Positions 8,915 to 19,147 of a stretch of DNA of 60,660 nt are shown piece after piece. Made by a program: the position numbers and the translations under genes. How positions within the stretch are numbered: the stretch's first letter is position 1; each line of letters starts with the position of its first letter. The stretch spans positions 1-60,660 of the IMG/VR virus record IMGVR_UViG_3300025310_000006. One strand, 5' to 3'. The notes beneath the pieces are model-generated. The model was given only the letters and a program-made list of their open reading frames with translations. It did no database searches and was not told where the DNA came from. Origin of the DNA: a virus. Its lineage: Duplodnaviria > Caudoviricetes.

Positions 8915-10752
8915 CTGTTCGCTACTGAATAAAATTGCAGTAAAATTGGTATCGGATGATTACCAGCGGTTGTCACCATGAGCGGAACCACGTAAAATGG
9001 ATTACCTAATATAGAATACCCATTACCATCGACTACATATCCACTTGTGAGAGATGTGGCTTCAACATATACAAATAACATTTGCCCATTATAAGGTGCC
9101 GATGGTAAATAAATGGTTAAATTATTTACAGAGACGCCACACACTAATGTAACAGTTGATATGTCATTAGGAATGTTGTAAGTCGAGGTAACTGCTGATA
9201 CCGATCCATATACAGTGTTTCTGATGCTGAATCTGTCACAAGACAAAGCTCCCAATGCTCTTACATAACCGGTGTCAAACTCACCATATATAAGGGCTTG
9301 ATCACTGGTACCATCATCATTGGCTATATACAGCTTATTAGATCCAGTCTCGCTATAACCGGCTTTGAATCCTATAGCCACATTGTTTGATCCGACATTA
9401 TTGTAAAGAGCCTGTGAACCGACAGCAGTATTATTATCACCATCTAAGCTTACAAACAGAGAGGCATATCCAACCGCTACATTGTTATCTCCACTGACAC
9501 ACTGATTCATTGCTGAATATCCTGCGCCAGTGTTGAAGTTTCCTATCTTATTGTTTCTTACCGAGTTTCCACCAACTCCAGTGTTGAAGTTTCCGGTAGT
9601 ATTTTCATACATGCATGTTATTCCAACCGCTGTATTACCATTACCATCTATATTGTTGTATAGTGAATAAGCTCCGATACCAGTATTTTCAACACCATTA
9701 TCGTTATTGTAAAGTCCGTAGTAACCAACAGAGACATTTAAACTACCACCGATATTGAAACGCATTGCATTTCTACCGACAGCGACATTATTATATCCAG
9801 TGGTGTTGCTATATAAAGCTGCTCTACCAACCGCAACATTTTCATATCCAGATACATTTTCATTGAGGGCGTTTACACCGACTGCCGTATTACTGGAACC
9901 GTCAATGTTATTGGTGAGTGCGTTTACTCCAATAGCAATATTATCGTCACCGGATATGTTTTGTGTGAGAGCGTTTAATCCGACAGCGACATTGTTATTT
10001 CCTATAGTATTATATTTCAACGCAAAATTTCCGAGGGAAATGTTATTATTTCCAATCTCGTTGCTATAAAGCGAGTCATATCCAATAGCAACATTTGAAT
10101 GACCTGTTGTAGTGGAAGCCAAAGTGTTTACACCGACTGCTGTATTTCTGTAGCCAGTTGTAACAGAAGTCAAAGAATTCTTACCGAACGCTTCGTTGTT
10201 TTGAGTGCTGTAGCTATCTCCCTTTGGACTTGTCAATTCACCAGTTACTATTTCGCTTCCATAAACTTGGACGGTGTGCCCATCATCATCCTTACTTTCA
10301 ACAGTATTACCAAACAAAACATGTCCACCCTTTCTCCAAGAAACATGGGTTACTTGTGAAGCATTATCAAACAATCTCATCTGGTTTAGACCGTTATCAA
10401 CACCTGAAATAGAATATACATCCATCTGCCAGTCAGCCAATTCAGGATTGGAGTTAGCCATGTTACCACTCAAAGCGGAAATCTCATCAACATCGAATCT
10501 GAATACGAGGTTGTTTCCATCTATGATAGTATCTGTTAGAACATGCTGTCCTATTATAAGGCATTGTCCTGATATCTGAACATCGGCAGCATACACATCG
10601 TTTATTTGAAAGTCTGCTAAACAACCAGTATCGTCAATTATGTAAACTCGGTTGTTCTTGAGGCTGTACATGGCGAGATGATCAGCAGTTGCAACCGGAT
10701 AGCTTGTTTCTCTTCTACGAATCTCATGTGCAAATTCTTTGAATCCTGCCAT
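8896..10752 (-). CDS. Tail fibre/adhesin-like protein with 14-aa N(T/V)AVG repeats
   Basis: About 20 tandem copies of GxxN(T/V)A(V/I)GxxAL, a trimeric beta-roll head-type repeat. Confidence 0.75.
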   Translation of the reverse strand: MAGFKEFAHEIRRRETSYPVATADHLAMYSLKNNRVYIIDDTGCLADFQINDVYAADVQISGQCLIIGQHVLTDTIIDGNNLVFRFDVDEISALSGNMANSNPELADWQMDVYSISGVDNGLNQMRLFDNASQVTHVSWRKGGHVLFGNTVESKDDDGHTVQVYGSEIVTGELTSPKGDSYSTQNNEAFGKNSLTSVTTGYRNTAVGVNTLASTTTGHSNVAIGYDSLYSNEIGNNNISLGNFALKYNTIGNNNVAVGLNALTQNISGDDNIAIGVNALTNNIDGSSNTAVGVNALNENVSGYENVAVGRAALYSNTTGYNNVAVGRNAMRFNIGGSLNVSVGYYGLYNNDNGVENTGIGAYSLYNNIDGNGNTAVGITCMYENTTGNFNTGVGGNSVRNNKIGNFNTGAGYSAMNQCVSGDNNVAVGYASLFVSLDGDNNTAVGSQALYNNVGSNNVAIGFKAGYSETGSNKLYIANDDGTSDQALIYGEFDTGYVRALGALSCDRFSIRNTVYGSVSAVTSTYNIPNDISTVTLVCGVSVNNLTIYLPSAPYNGQMLFVYVEATSLTSGYVVDGNGYSILGNPFYVVPLMVTTAGNHPIPILLQFYSVANSWRRVG

Positions 10753-10792
10753 AGTATACTCCTAAAGTTATATTATATCGTCTGTAATCAAA

Positions 10793-11194
10793 TTATTGGT
10801 TGTTTATCAAATAATCAGAAACATCTGGAACCTCCCAGCCTTCGGGGCGCATAGGGACATTTACAGTCAAAAATATATCCGTAAACGAAACCGGGGGTGC
10901 ACCATGCATATCATATGCTAATGATACTGTGTTACCTGAAAGTATGGCTGGCTTCTTTATCATAAGATACTCAAACATTATCTTCGACTTCCATATCTCA
11001 ACCGACAATATAAGAGGTATGGATTCCTCAAGTCCAGTTATTCCAAGGTTCCTATCAACACTACGCTGCGCCTGTACCTTCCAATCAAGTAGCTGAGTGA
11101 AGGCTGGGGGGTCAAAATACCTATTAACGTAAACCCAAGCGGCGGCGAGGGCTTCATCAACTCTCTGCTGTTTATAATCTATTTCTCTTGACAT
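10793..11194 (-). CDS. Hypothetical protein (possible fibre chaperone)
   Basis: 133-aa ORF between two fibre-like genes. Function is inferred from position only. Confidence 0.65.
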   Translation of the reverse strand: MSREIDYKQQRVDEALAAAWVYVNRYFDPPAFTQLLDWKVQAQRSVDRNLGITGLEESIPLILSVEIWKSKIMFEYLMIKKPAILSGNTVSLAYDMHGAPPVSFTDIFLTVNVPMRPEGWEVPDVSDYLINNQ

Positions 11195-11204
11195 ATGTTG
11201 TTCC

Positions 11205-14200
11205 TTACCATGGTCTTCTGAAGACGAAGTTTTGTGTGTTGCCTATATCTTTGTTTCTAACGATGTTTAGACGCTCCCCACCGTTTGCGTTTACATCCTG
11301 GATAATGTGGTTAGGTCTAAATACATATCTTCCGTAAACCTTGACATTCAAATCATTTGTAAGATTAGGTATGTCTGTATTATTTAGATATGTTCCAGAT
11401 ATCTCCACAACGTTGATATATGTAATGGAGCTATCAACCTTTATATCCATGTTTTTCTGTATGTAGAGATTGTTGAGCTTCAGAGCGTCAAGGTATCCAG
11501 AACCTTGCCACCATGCGCTACCATAATCCCATATTCCTCCATTAAACTCAAGAGTGTCTATGGTTGGCGCTCTGTCGTATGTGTATGGATTAGTTATAGT
11601 GCAGTAACCAGTAACATCAGCATCCTTGACATACTTGACTTCCATGAATGCGCCCGGAGCGGAAACATAGGTGTAGTTGAAGTAGGAAGAGTATGTTCCT
11701 ATACCTACCCAATAGGTTCTTGTTTCAGGAAATATAAACTTTGATGTGGATTCTGTGTAGCTACCGTTATAGTAATCATCGTAATCCGATATCAAATGCT
11801 GGAAATTCTTATCGTCATATATTTGGATATATGAATCAACAGAACCAGATATAATAGCAGTTACAATAGCATCACCAGCAACAGCATCAACTTGATAGTA
11901 ACGAAATCCGTCTCCCTGTGGAGTATTTGCGCCAAGAGGGAATGATTCTACATATTCTCCAGTTATTACTTTTGGTATTGCCTTTGTCCAGATTCCTGTT
12001 GGCGAAACCTTACTTGCGTAAGGATATGCCTTCTCATGGAGAGGAACGCCAAACCCTATATGGTTATATGTTACGGGACTGCTTCCGTTGTTATATGCTG
12101 AGTTTTCACCATGTCTTAGTTTATACTCAACATTTCCACCGTATGCGAATGTTTGGAGGTTATTAGACGGAACCGTGTCAAAGAGTGTAAAACCATTCTG
12201 AATATCAGCACCGGAATTATATGAATATATTCTTGAATCCCCAGAAGCGTGAAGGTTCCACTTGTTGTTTCTTGCTCCGCTGTAGAAAGCGTCGAAACTT
12301 CCAGTCTGAATCGTGGAGTTATTCAATGTAAGATTATGTTGTGTGTTTGATTTGTTTTCTCCGATTACACTGAAGTTATAATCACCACAACCAAATGTAG
12401 AGTTTTCCAAAATAACATTTAGAGCACCGGATGTTGGTGATACTGATAAATAGTTTGGATTGATGTTCATACCATGACATGAAAAGCTACCAAGGAACGT
12501 GACTGTGAGATTATCTCTGTTGTTTCTTATGTAAACTGGACCATCGTTCATCTGTCCGTCAGGTATGGTGTATGCTGATGAACCCGTTATGGAGTTTATC
12601 ATCGTGTTGTTATAGGCATCCCTACCATATAAGAACAATCCACCCCTAAGCCCAAATCGCACCGTCTCTGCGGCTGGAAGTCCACCACTACGACCGAACC
12701 ATGAGCAGGTTCCAGATCCGTATATCCATGAGTTTCCAGTTATACTATTGGTTATAACCGGACTATCCGCCATGAATCCCATTGGATGAGTAGTTCTTAG
12801 ACTCTTGCCATTCATCTCCATCGAATTGAAATACAACTGAGAGTTACCACTACCGGAGCCAGTATGAGCAACTGTTAAGTTTCTGTTGAGGAATATAGGA
12901 GAGTTTACAGAAGAGAGAGCGAACTTTCCGTTTCCGTTTATTCCCATGGTATTACAGTCGAGGAAGATTGAATCCGCGCTTATTTGCTGCGTCAGTGTGC
13001 TTCCTGAGTTCGGAAACATATAGAAAGTAGATCCACCTGTTACTGTAAACGATGAAAATAGAATGCTGTCGTCGCCGGGATATCCGAATGTAAGAGAGGG
13101 AGTCTTCACACCATCAGTTGAAATAAATCTTATATTACCATACTTGAAACTTCCGGAAATATCTGGTATTGGAGATGAAGCAATTCTGAAGTCACAATTT
13201 ATAACATCTATATCATTTGGAATAATATTGTTAGAGAAGTAAGAGAATCTTCTATTTCCAAAGTCCGACGATAATATCCACTTATGTAATGGATATCCCG
13301 ATATAGGAGGCGGTGGTAATGAAATATAGGCATTTAGTCCATTGAAATCACAATTATTTGTTATTTCTATAGTGTCAACGCCTTCGTCCGGATATATTAT
13401 TCCATCAATCCAGAAGTGACCACCATTTGCACCACCAGTTCTTATTATCTTATTTGGAACTGGTGGATCACTTCTGAGACGAATACGGTATTTGTTAGGA
13501 ATATTATAATTTACACATAACATGGACTGTAAGAAACCAGAATCAGCATTTATTGTTAATTTTCCGGAAATATTTACATTTCCCATTTGAGCCATTCTAG
13601 CAACTGTTCTAACTCCGGTATTATATCCAGATATGTCAATTGGAGCGAACATTATGATACTGTCTCTAAAATTTGAACCACCAGATATATTAAGTGCGGA
13701 AAAATCAAATGACGCGTCGTTATAAATATGTATGTAGCCTGTATCAGGACTATCACCGCCGGATATTACGGCGTAGATATATCTATCGGCGTTATTACTG
13801 CCAAAATTGGGGCTGAAATTATACTTTCCACCGTAGACATATATGTTCTTAGCGTTCCAATGTTCTTTGAAATTGAACTGAGAATTAGAAGCCGTAAATG
13901 TGTGATTTACAGTTCCCCTACTTCCATCTTTATTGACATGGAAATCTTTTCCACTCCACTGAGTCGGAGCAAAGTTCCATGTAAGAGTTGCACCAGTTCC
14001 AACATCGACATAGAATGGATCTTCGAAGAACAATCTAGATGCAGAAGATACTGATATATCTCTTCCAACACGCAACCTTCCCCCAGGCTGAGGGAATACC
14101 AATGTTCCCATATTGGAAAGTAATGTTTCTTCACCAAATACGACAGCATTTGCTGTTATAGACTGAGTTCCGAATGACACATTAGAAGCAAAGTTGTATC

Positions 14201-15167
14201 CGCTTATACTATCAACATGAGTTGGTTGTGTGAATGTAGCTGGGCGAATACCTTGATCAAAGAGTCCTATAGAAGCATTTGCATGCCTCTTGACTGTATT
14301 ATCAGTCAATGGAATGTTGTAAATAGTCAACTCATCAACTCTACCATTGAAATAGCTACCATTTGAAATGAATCCAAGTGGGACTCTTGTTGTACCGGCT
14401 ACTGCTCCAACTCCACCGCTTGCGGGGGTTGCTAAAAGATTAGTAACGGACGCTGGAATATCTGAGAGATTGGTTTGCTGCTTTGCAACATCTCCATTTA
14501 CAAAGAGCTTGTGAACTGCGCCTTGTCCATCATAGACGGTGGAAACATAATATGTTGAACCAGTTATAATATCTTCATCGGTGTGTATGTAAGAATACTT
14601 GGAAGTGTTTCCGTCCCAAATTCCGCTGCATAGCTTTCCACCACTTATATACATTGAAAAACCAGAGAAGAAGTCACCCTGCTCGTAAAGGTAATTCTTT
14701 CCAGAGTAGTTCAAGCTATCAGCGTTGAACATCATCTCTATAGTTTTTGCTCTAAACTCACCATAATTTATCAGATTGTTATTTGGTACGAGTATTCTTC
14801 CAGTTGTTCCATTCAACTTGACACTTGTTCCGTTATTGAAACCACCTGAGATAAGTGCGGGTTGACTATAGGTTATTCCACTGGTACTGTAGTTTCCATT
14901 AGCATCGGGACCAGCCGAACCGAAGTTTGTGCAGATTGTTCCACCTGTTTCATTGAATCTATACCACAAGACAGGAGCATCGAGACTGATAACATCTTCG
15001 AATATACCGGAAGGAGAGAATGTATCCGATGGTGTGAATACAAGACTGTCATCCGGTAACAAAGATGAACCAGTTGCCGCTTCAGTACCACTCTGAGAAG
15101 TAGTATAGTTACTTCTCTCATTGGCGTTCTGATTGTTATTTAAGTTTCTCCAATAAATGATTGGCAT
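11205..15167 (-). CDS. Large virion adhesin/tail protein with an N-terminal LamG/ConA-like domain
   Basis: PVLWYRFNETGG...KLFVNG...FNGRVDELTIYNIPLT (LamG-like). Beta-rich S/G/N body and a PPC-like segment (VDSYIQIYD...YWVGI). Confidence 0.75.
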   Translation of the reverse strand: MPIIYWRNLNNNQNANERSNYTTSQSGTEAATGSSLLPDDSLVFTPSDTFSPSGIFEDVISLDAPVLWYRFNETGGTICTNFGSAGPDANGNYSTSGITYSQPALISGGFNNGTSVKLNGTTGRILVPNNNLINYGEFRAKTIEMMFNADSLNYSGKNYLYEQGDFFSGFSMYISGGKLCSGIWDGNTSKYSYIHTDEDIITGSTYYVSTVYDGQGAVHKLFVNGDVAKQQTNLSDIPASVTNLLATPASGGVGAVAGTTRVPLGFISNGSYFNGRVDELTIYNIPLTDNTVKRHANASIGLFDQGIRPATFTQPTHVDSISGYNFASNVSFGTQSITANAVVFGEETLLSNMGTLVFPQPGGRLRVGRDISVSSASRLFFEDPFYVDVGTGATLTWNFAPTQWSGKDFHVNKDGSRGTVNHTFTASNSQFNFKEHWNAKNIYVYGGKYNFSPNFGSNNADRYIYAVISGGDSPDTGYIHIYNDASFDFSALNISGGSNFRDSIIMFAPIDISGYNTGVRTVARMAQMGNVNISGKLTINADSGFLQSMLCVNYNIPNKYRIRLRSDPPVPNKIIRTGGANGGHFWIDGIIYPDEGVDTIEITNNCDFNGLNAYISLPPPPISGYPLHKWILSSDFGNRRFSYFSNNIIPNDIDVINCDFRIASSPIPDISGSFKYGNIRFISTDGVKTPSLTFGYPGDDSILFSSFTVTGGSTFYMFPNSGSTLTQQISADSIFLDCNTMGINGNGKFALSSVNSPIFLNRNLTVAHTGSGSGNSQLYFNSMEMNGKSLRTTHPMGFMADSPVITNSITGNSWIYGSGTCSWFGRSGGLPAAETVRFGLRGGLFLYGRDAYNNTMINSITGSSAYTIPDGQMNDGPVYIRNNRDNLTVTFLGSFSCHGMNINPNYLSVSPTSGALNVILENSTFGCGDYNFSVIGENKSNTQHNLTLNNSTIQTGSFDAFYSGARNNKWNLHASGDSRIYSYNSGADIQNGFTLFDTVPSNNLQTFAYGGNVEYKLRHGENSAYNNGSSPVTYNHIGFGVPLHEKAYPYASKVSPTGIWTKAIPKVITGEYVESFPLGANTPQGDGFRYYQVDAVAGDAIVTAIISGSVDSYIQIYDDKNFQHLISDYDDYYNGSYTESTSKFIFPETRTYWVGIGTYSSYFNYTYVSAPGAFMEVKYVKDADVTGYCTITNPYTYDRAPTIDTLEFNGGIWDYGSAWWQGSGYLDALKLNNLYIQKNMDIKVDSSITYINVVEISGTYLNNTDIPNLTNDLNVKVYGRYVFRPNHIIQDVNANGGERLNIVRNKDIGNTQNFVFRRPW

Positions 15168-15181
15168 TTATCTTTTCCTAG

Positions 15182-16249
15182 TTACCATGTCAGTTTGAGT
15201 GATATTATTGAAGCGTCTCCGAGGAGAGAACCACCCACTCTTCTTATACTTATTATCACCAAATCACCCTGCTTTATATCGTGATGGGTTGGACTTAGTA
15301 AAGTTACAACTTCATCATCGACAACATTTGCAGAAGTAAATGTATGTGTAAACGATATTGTATTGTGTCCAGAAGAGGTTGTCCAGTTATCAGTATCAGA
15401 CAAGTCTTCAACTGTTAGCTGGAAATCAGCGGTTCCAGTCAATGGGGCTGTCATCTTCATCTTGACATAGACGGTGCTTCCGAAGTTGAAGTTTTCAGAC
15501 ATCGGGAAGTTGAAGTATGCTACTTCAGAGCTTGATGCGAAGTCAACCGAGTCGAATATCATTCCACTAGCAGTTATCTTGCTGGACAAATCTGCACCCG
15601 AAATGGCTGGAAGAAGAGCCGATGCTATAGGAATAAGTTTTTCCGTAACATCCGGTCCAGCGCCTATATCAGCCGATATAGAAACTGTGAACGTATTCAT
15701 AGGCGATTCAACGACAGTTATCAAACCGACACCTGTTACATTTATAGAATCTATTTTAGAATCAAGTCCACCCGAAATAGCAGCTACTTCAGCCCAGGTT
15801 ATATCACCGATACCGCTGCCGCTTCCAGAGGTTTCCATGAGATAGTTTACATCAGATACTAAGTCGGAAAGAACTACTCCTGAATACTTTATCTTCTGAG
15901 CCTGTGACGAAGCATTAGGATCGACAATGATTATCTCACCCTCATGCGAGTCAACGATATTGACCGGCTTTGGTGTATCTAGAAGCTCTGCAAAGGTATC
16001 AACGGCGCCGGAGATGCTATTGACAGCAGTTAAAAGATAGTTGACATCGCCAACAAGCTGCGAGCCACCGGAAGTCTGTGATATGTCTATATAGGGGGCT
16101 GGATTGGTGAATACAACATCTCCACCCACAACCATCAATCCATCGCCTTCACCGCCTATCGCGGTTGGGAACGAATACTGTGAGCCGCTGACAGCAGCAC
16201 CAACGGTAAGAATACCATAGACATCAAGATTTCCGTTGTGTTTAGACAT
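15182..16249 (-). CDS. Putative structural/tail-associated protein
   Basis: 355 aa; YSFPTAIG.EGD motif resembles fibre N-termini; downstream of a late promoter. Confidence 0.6.
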   Translation of the reverse strand: MSKHNGNLDVYGILTVGAAVSGSQYSFPTAIGGEGDGLMVVGGDVVFTNPAPYIDISQTSGGSQLVGDVNYLLTAVNSISGAVDTFAELLDTPKPVNIVDSHEGEIIIVDPNASSQAQKIKYSGVVLSDLVSDVNYLMETSGSGSGIGDITWAEVAAISGGLDSKIDSINVTGVGLITVVESPMNTFTVSISADIGAGPDVTEKLIPIASALLPAISGADLSSKITASGMIFDSVDFASSSEVAYFNFPMSENFNFGSTVYVKMKMTAPLTGTADFQLTVEDLSDTDNWTTSSGHNTISFTHTFTSANVVDDEVVTLLSPTHHDIKQGDLVIISIRRVGGSLLGDASIISLKLTW

Positions 16250-16613
16250 TTCTGTTTTCCTTATTATACATTATTATAATATCACTTGTTATCTTCCTAA
16301 CAAGTTCTTCCCTTGCAGTCATGTCCGTGCCGAAGAATCCGGCATCAACATCGGTATTTGGATTATTAGGTTTAGAAGGATCCTCACCATATTTATCAAT
16401 AAGTAGGCGTCTGAAAGCCTTCATCGCATACTGCCCTTCTGGAGAAGCTACGAAATCGTTGATATTCTTATTTTCATGGTATCCGAAGTGTCTTGCAAGT
16501 TTCTGTAGGACTTCAGCTTGCACATGCATGTAGTTCTTCATAACGAAAAGCTCATATAGCTTCGCCACTGAGCGCATTTTCTTCCGTAGTGTCTCTTGCA
16601 ATGGTACAGGCAT
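16242..16613 (-). CDS. Hypothetical late protein
   Basis: GAGGA RBS and TATAAATA at 16630-16637. Confidence 0.7.
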   Translation of the reverse strand: MPVPLQETLRKKMRSVAKLYELFVMKNYMHVQAEVLQKLARHFGYHENKNINDFVASPEGQYAMKAFRRLLIDKYGEDPSKPNNPNTDVDAGFFGTDMTAREELVRKITSDIIIMYNKENRNV

Positions 16614-16629
16614 ATCAAATCCTCTACCA

Positions 16630-16637
16630 TATTTATA
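16630..16637 (-). promoter_or_regulatory. T4-type late promoter TATAAATA
   Basis: Exact consensus just upstream of the fibre-gene block. Confidence 0.7.
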
Positions 16638-16640
16638 TAA

Positions 16641-16670
16641 AATAACAAATCCCAGGTTTTTAGCCTGGGG
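16641..16670 (-). terminator. Intrinsic terminator after guaC
   Basis: Minus-strand stem CCCAGG...CCTGGG followed by ATTTGTTATTTT. Confidence 0.55.
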
Positions 16671-16693
16671 TGGTTTTCAACTATTTATTCGTA

Positions 16694-17653
16694 TCAGTTT
16701 ATTGCTATCAACTCACATGATAGGAGAGCGGATAAATCCTTTCCTCCAGCATATGATATACTCGAACGCAAATCTTCCTGTAGCTCGACAAGCAGATTGC
16801 TCATATCACCCTTGTAGTCTTGGAACAGCTTCTTACCCTCGACATGGGTATACTTGCCCTTATTATGCTCAGAAGCGGAGCCGTAGTATATACTCTTCTT
16901 ATGTCCGTCAATTTCTATTATTTCACCACCGCTCTGATCGTATCCATTGAAGAGACTTCCAGCCATAACCATAGTAGCCCCACATGCAATGGCTTTGGCT
17001 ATATCACCATGCTCACGAACGCCACCATCGGCTATAACAGGCTTCTTTGCAGCCGCTACACACTCTTGGAGGCAGGATATGGTTGGGCGGGTAAAGCCCG
17101 TCTTGAGCTTCGTAGTGCAGGCTAATCCAGGTCCAATGAAGAGCTTGCAGCAGTCAGCGCCCCACGATTCAATTTCTTCGACAGCTTCGGCTACAGCCAT
17201 GTTTCCAACGATGAGGAACGAGTCGGGAAGTTTGTCCTTGATATACTTTATCATCTTCTCAGCCTTTGGTGCCCAGGCTGAAGCTATATCAAGTGTTATG
17301 TAGTCGGGCTTGAGTCTGGAGGCTACAATCGAATCAATCTGCTTGTAGGATTCGTCGTTGACTCCCATGCTTATTGATGTGAAGTATCCGTATGACTCCA
17401 TATCCAAAATAAACTTGACGGGATCGACACCGAAACGATGCATGACGTAGAACCAGCCCTTAGAAGCCAAGAACTTACAAGTGTCAACACTAACTACGGA
17501 CTTCATATTAGCTGGACACACAGGCATCTTGAAGCGTCTACGCCCGAATTCTACAGAGGTATCACATTGACTTCGACTTCCAACTACCGCCTTCTTTCTT
17601 GAAAGAAGGAAGACATCTCCGTAGTTATATTCTCTGCGTGGTTGCATATCCAA
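16694..17653 (-). CDS. guaC: GMP reductase (GuaC type; probable start 17647)
   Basis: PANMKSV, YVMHRF, YITLDIA, IGPGLACTTKLKTGF, IADGGVREHGDIAKAI, YYGSASEHNKG, VEGKK, SSISYAGG. Confidence 0.93.
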   Translation of the reverse strand: MDMQPRREYNYGDVFLLSRKKAVVGSRSQCDTSVEFGRRRFKMPVCPANMKSVVSVDTCKFLASKGWFYVMHRFGVDPVKFILDMESYGYFTSISMGVNDESYKQIDSIVASRLKPDYITLDIASAWAPKAEKMIKYIKDKLPDSFLIVGNMAVAEAVEEIESWGADCCKLFIGPGLACTTKLKTGFTRPTISCLQECVAAAKKPVIADGGVREHGDIAKAIACGATMVMAGSLFNGYDQSGGEIIEIDGHKKSIYYGSASEHNKGKYTHVEGKKLFQDYKGDMSNLLVELQEDLRSSISYAGGKDLSALLSCELIAIN

Positions 17654-17697
17654 ACTCCTTTTCCTTATTCTAAGGAGTTTGGGCAGTTATTCAATAC
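17651..17697 (-). promoter_or_regulatory. Putative early promoter (TTGAAT-N16-TAGAAT) with an RBS-sequestering inverted repeat upstream of guaC
   Basis: Shares a 15-mer with 991-1005. The CAAACTCCTT...AAGGAGTTTG inverted repeat (17651-17681) contains the AAGGAG RBS. Confidence 0.55.
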
Positions 17698-18449
17698 ACT
17701 CGTATTTCGTCTACGAATGAAGATCCGTCAGTATCTTGAGGGTTGCCGTAACAGGTTTTAGCCGCCCCATTACCACCAATTATCATAAATCCAATAGCGT
17801 CAATACTCCCAGCCGGACCAGTTATAGAATATTGTGTTGTTGTCTCCACCAATCCACCGCTCCAGAATCTTTCCGAGCGGAAGTTACCTATTCTAGAATA
17901 TGTGCCACCGACAGCGGTTGCTTGTTCCGCTACAGAATACCATTTGTTATTAGCATGTGCAGATGCAAATATGTTTGCAAATGTTATGGTTGAAACAGAT
18001 GTTGTACCACCTTGTATTTGTGCGGTTTCAAGCATATACCAACCATTGGTTACACCTGAAACACCGGAAACCTTGACAACCACGGTTATCGGCATTGTTG
18101 GTGACAACGCACACGCATTGTTAATAGCTTCTTGCTGCAACTCTGTCTTATATAAAAGAGATACGCTTGTCACACCGCTCAAAGAATATGATCCGGTTGG
18201 ATCGGTATCCCCCGACTTCTGTATATCATATGCAAATACAATTTCGTGTTTACGGGGGGACCAGAATATTACACTGTCCGAACCCTGGGAACCAAAACCT
18301 CCACCGGAAATACACTGAACTAAACACCCCGCATCACCAATGTAAGCAGGTGGAGAGCCATTTGCGGCACCAAGCCATCTTTGTTTACTTGACTGTAATA
18401 CTCTAATATACTGGTTTCCCGTTCCGCCTCTACTCATATAAACCTCCAA
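17691..18449 (-). CDS. Hypothetical late (probably structural) protein
   Basis: GGAGG RBS (start probably 18437), TATAAATA at 18454-18461, G/S/T-rich sequence. Confidence 0.7.
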   Translation of the reverse strand: MEVYMSRGGTGNQYIRVLQSSKQRWLGAANGSPPAYIGDAGCLVQCISGGGFGSQGSDSVIFWSPRKHEIVFAYDIQKSGDTDPTGSYSLSGVTSVSLLYKTELQQEAINNACALSPTMPITVVVKVSGVSGVTNGWYMLETAQIQGGTTSVSTITFANIFASAHANNKWYSVAEQATAVGGTYSRIGNFRSERFWSGGLVETTTQYSITGPAGSIDAIGFMIIGGNGAAKTCYGNPQDTDGSSFVDEIRVY

Positions 18450-18452
18450 ACC

Positions 18453-19145
18453 TTATTTATAAATTTGGAGTTTAGTCCAGCCCCTTCTATCCTGCTCATT
18501 CTTGGTGACGGGGTGTAGCGACGAAACAAACCTATTCTTACCGCCATCCACATTATGAATTATCTGTATTATCATCTTATCCATTGGAATAGTTGCGATA
18601 CTAAAAGGTATCTCTACGGATACAACATTTTCGTTTATACTCACATCTATTTCTTCTACGCCATTCCATTTGACTTCCCACTGTGAATCTTTCTTTATGA
18701 CGGTATATCCTTCTGAATTCTTGTCTGTCCAATTACCACCCTCATACTTGAGATATGTGACATTACCACTGAAAGGAATGATTATCTGATAAAATGTATT
18801 TGGACTGTCGGCATTTGAAATGTATACTTCAACACTATCACGCTCCCATGGGCGAACACCAACCGCCTTAGTGTCGAACATTCCACTTTGGAATACAAAC
18901 TTTATGTATTCGTCATTGTGGACTGACCATGCGTATAAGTCGCTCTCACCGACACTCTTTCCCAAAGGTTGTAGCTTGGGGAAAGAGTAGCAGTCACCGA
19001 CATTCAAAAATCTACTATACTGTGAGGTAGCCACGGTTCTCCTTTCGCTCTTACCCGTTGTAGGTGATAGTATCCAGGCTACTGTTAGCGATAGTAGAGC
19101 TAAAGCTATAAGAATAACAGCAGAGAATTTTGTCTTGAAATTCAT
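18453..19145 (-). CDS. Membrane-anchored CBM9/DOMON-like carbohydrate-binding protein
   Basis: N-terminal TM; WERDSVEVYIS...YQIII...VEIPF resembles the CBM9-like WxxDSVEx(F/Y)I motif. Confidence 0.55.
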   Translation of the reverse strand: MNFKTKFSAVILIALALLSLTVAWILSPTTGKSERRTVATSQYSRFLNVGDCYSFPKLQPLGKSVGESDLYAWSVHNDEYIKFVFQSGMFDTKAVGVRPWERDSVEVYISNADSPNTFYQIIIPFSGNVTYLKYEGGNWTDKNSEGYTVIKKDSQWEVKWNGVEEIDVSINENVVSVEIPFSIATIPMDKMIIQIIHNVDGGKNRFVSSLHPVTKNEQDRRGWTKLQIYK

Positions 19146-19147
19146 TG

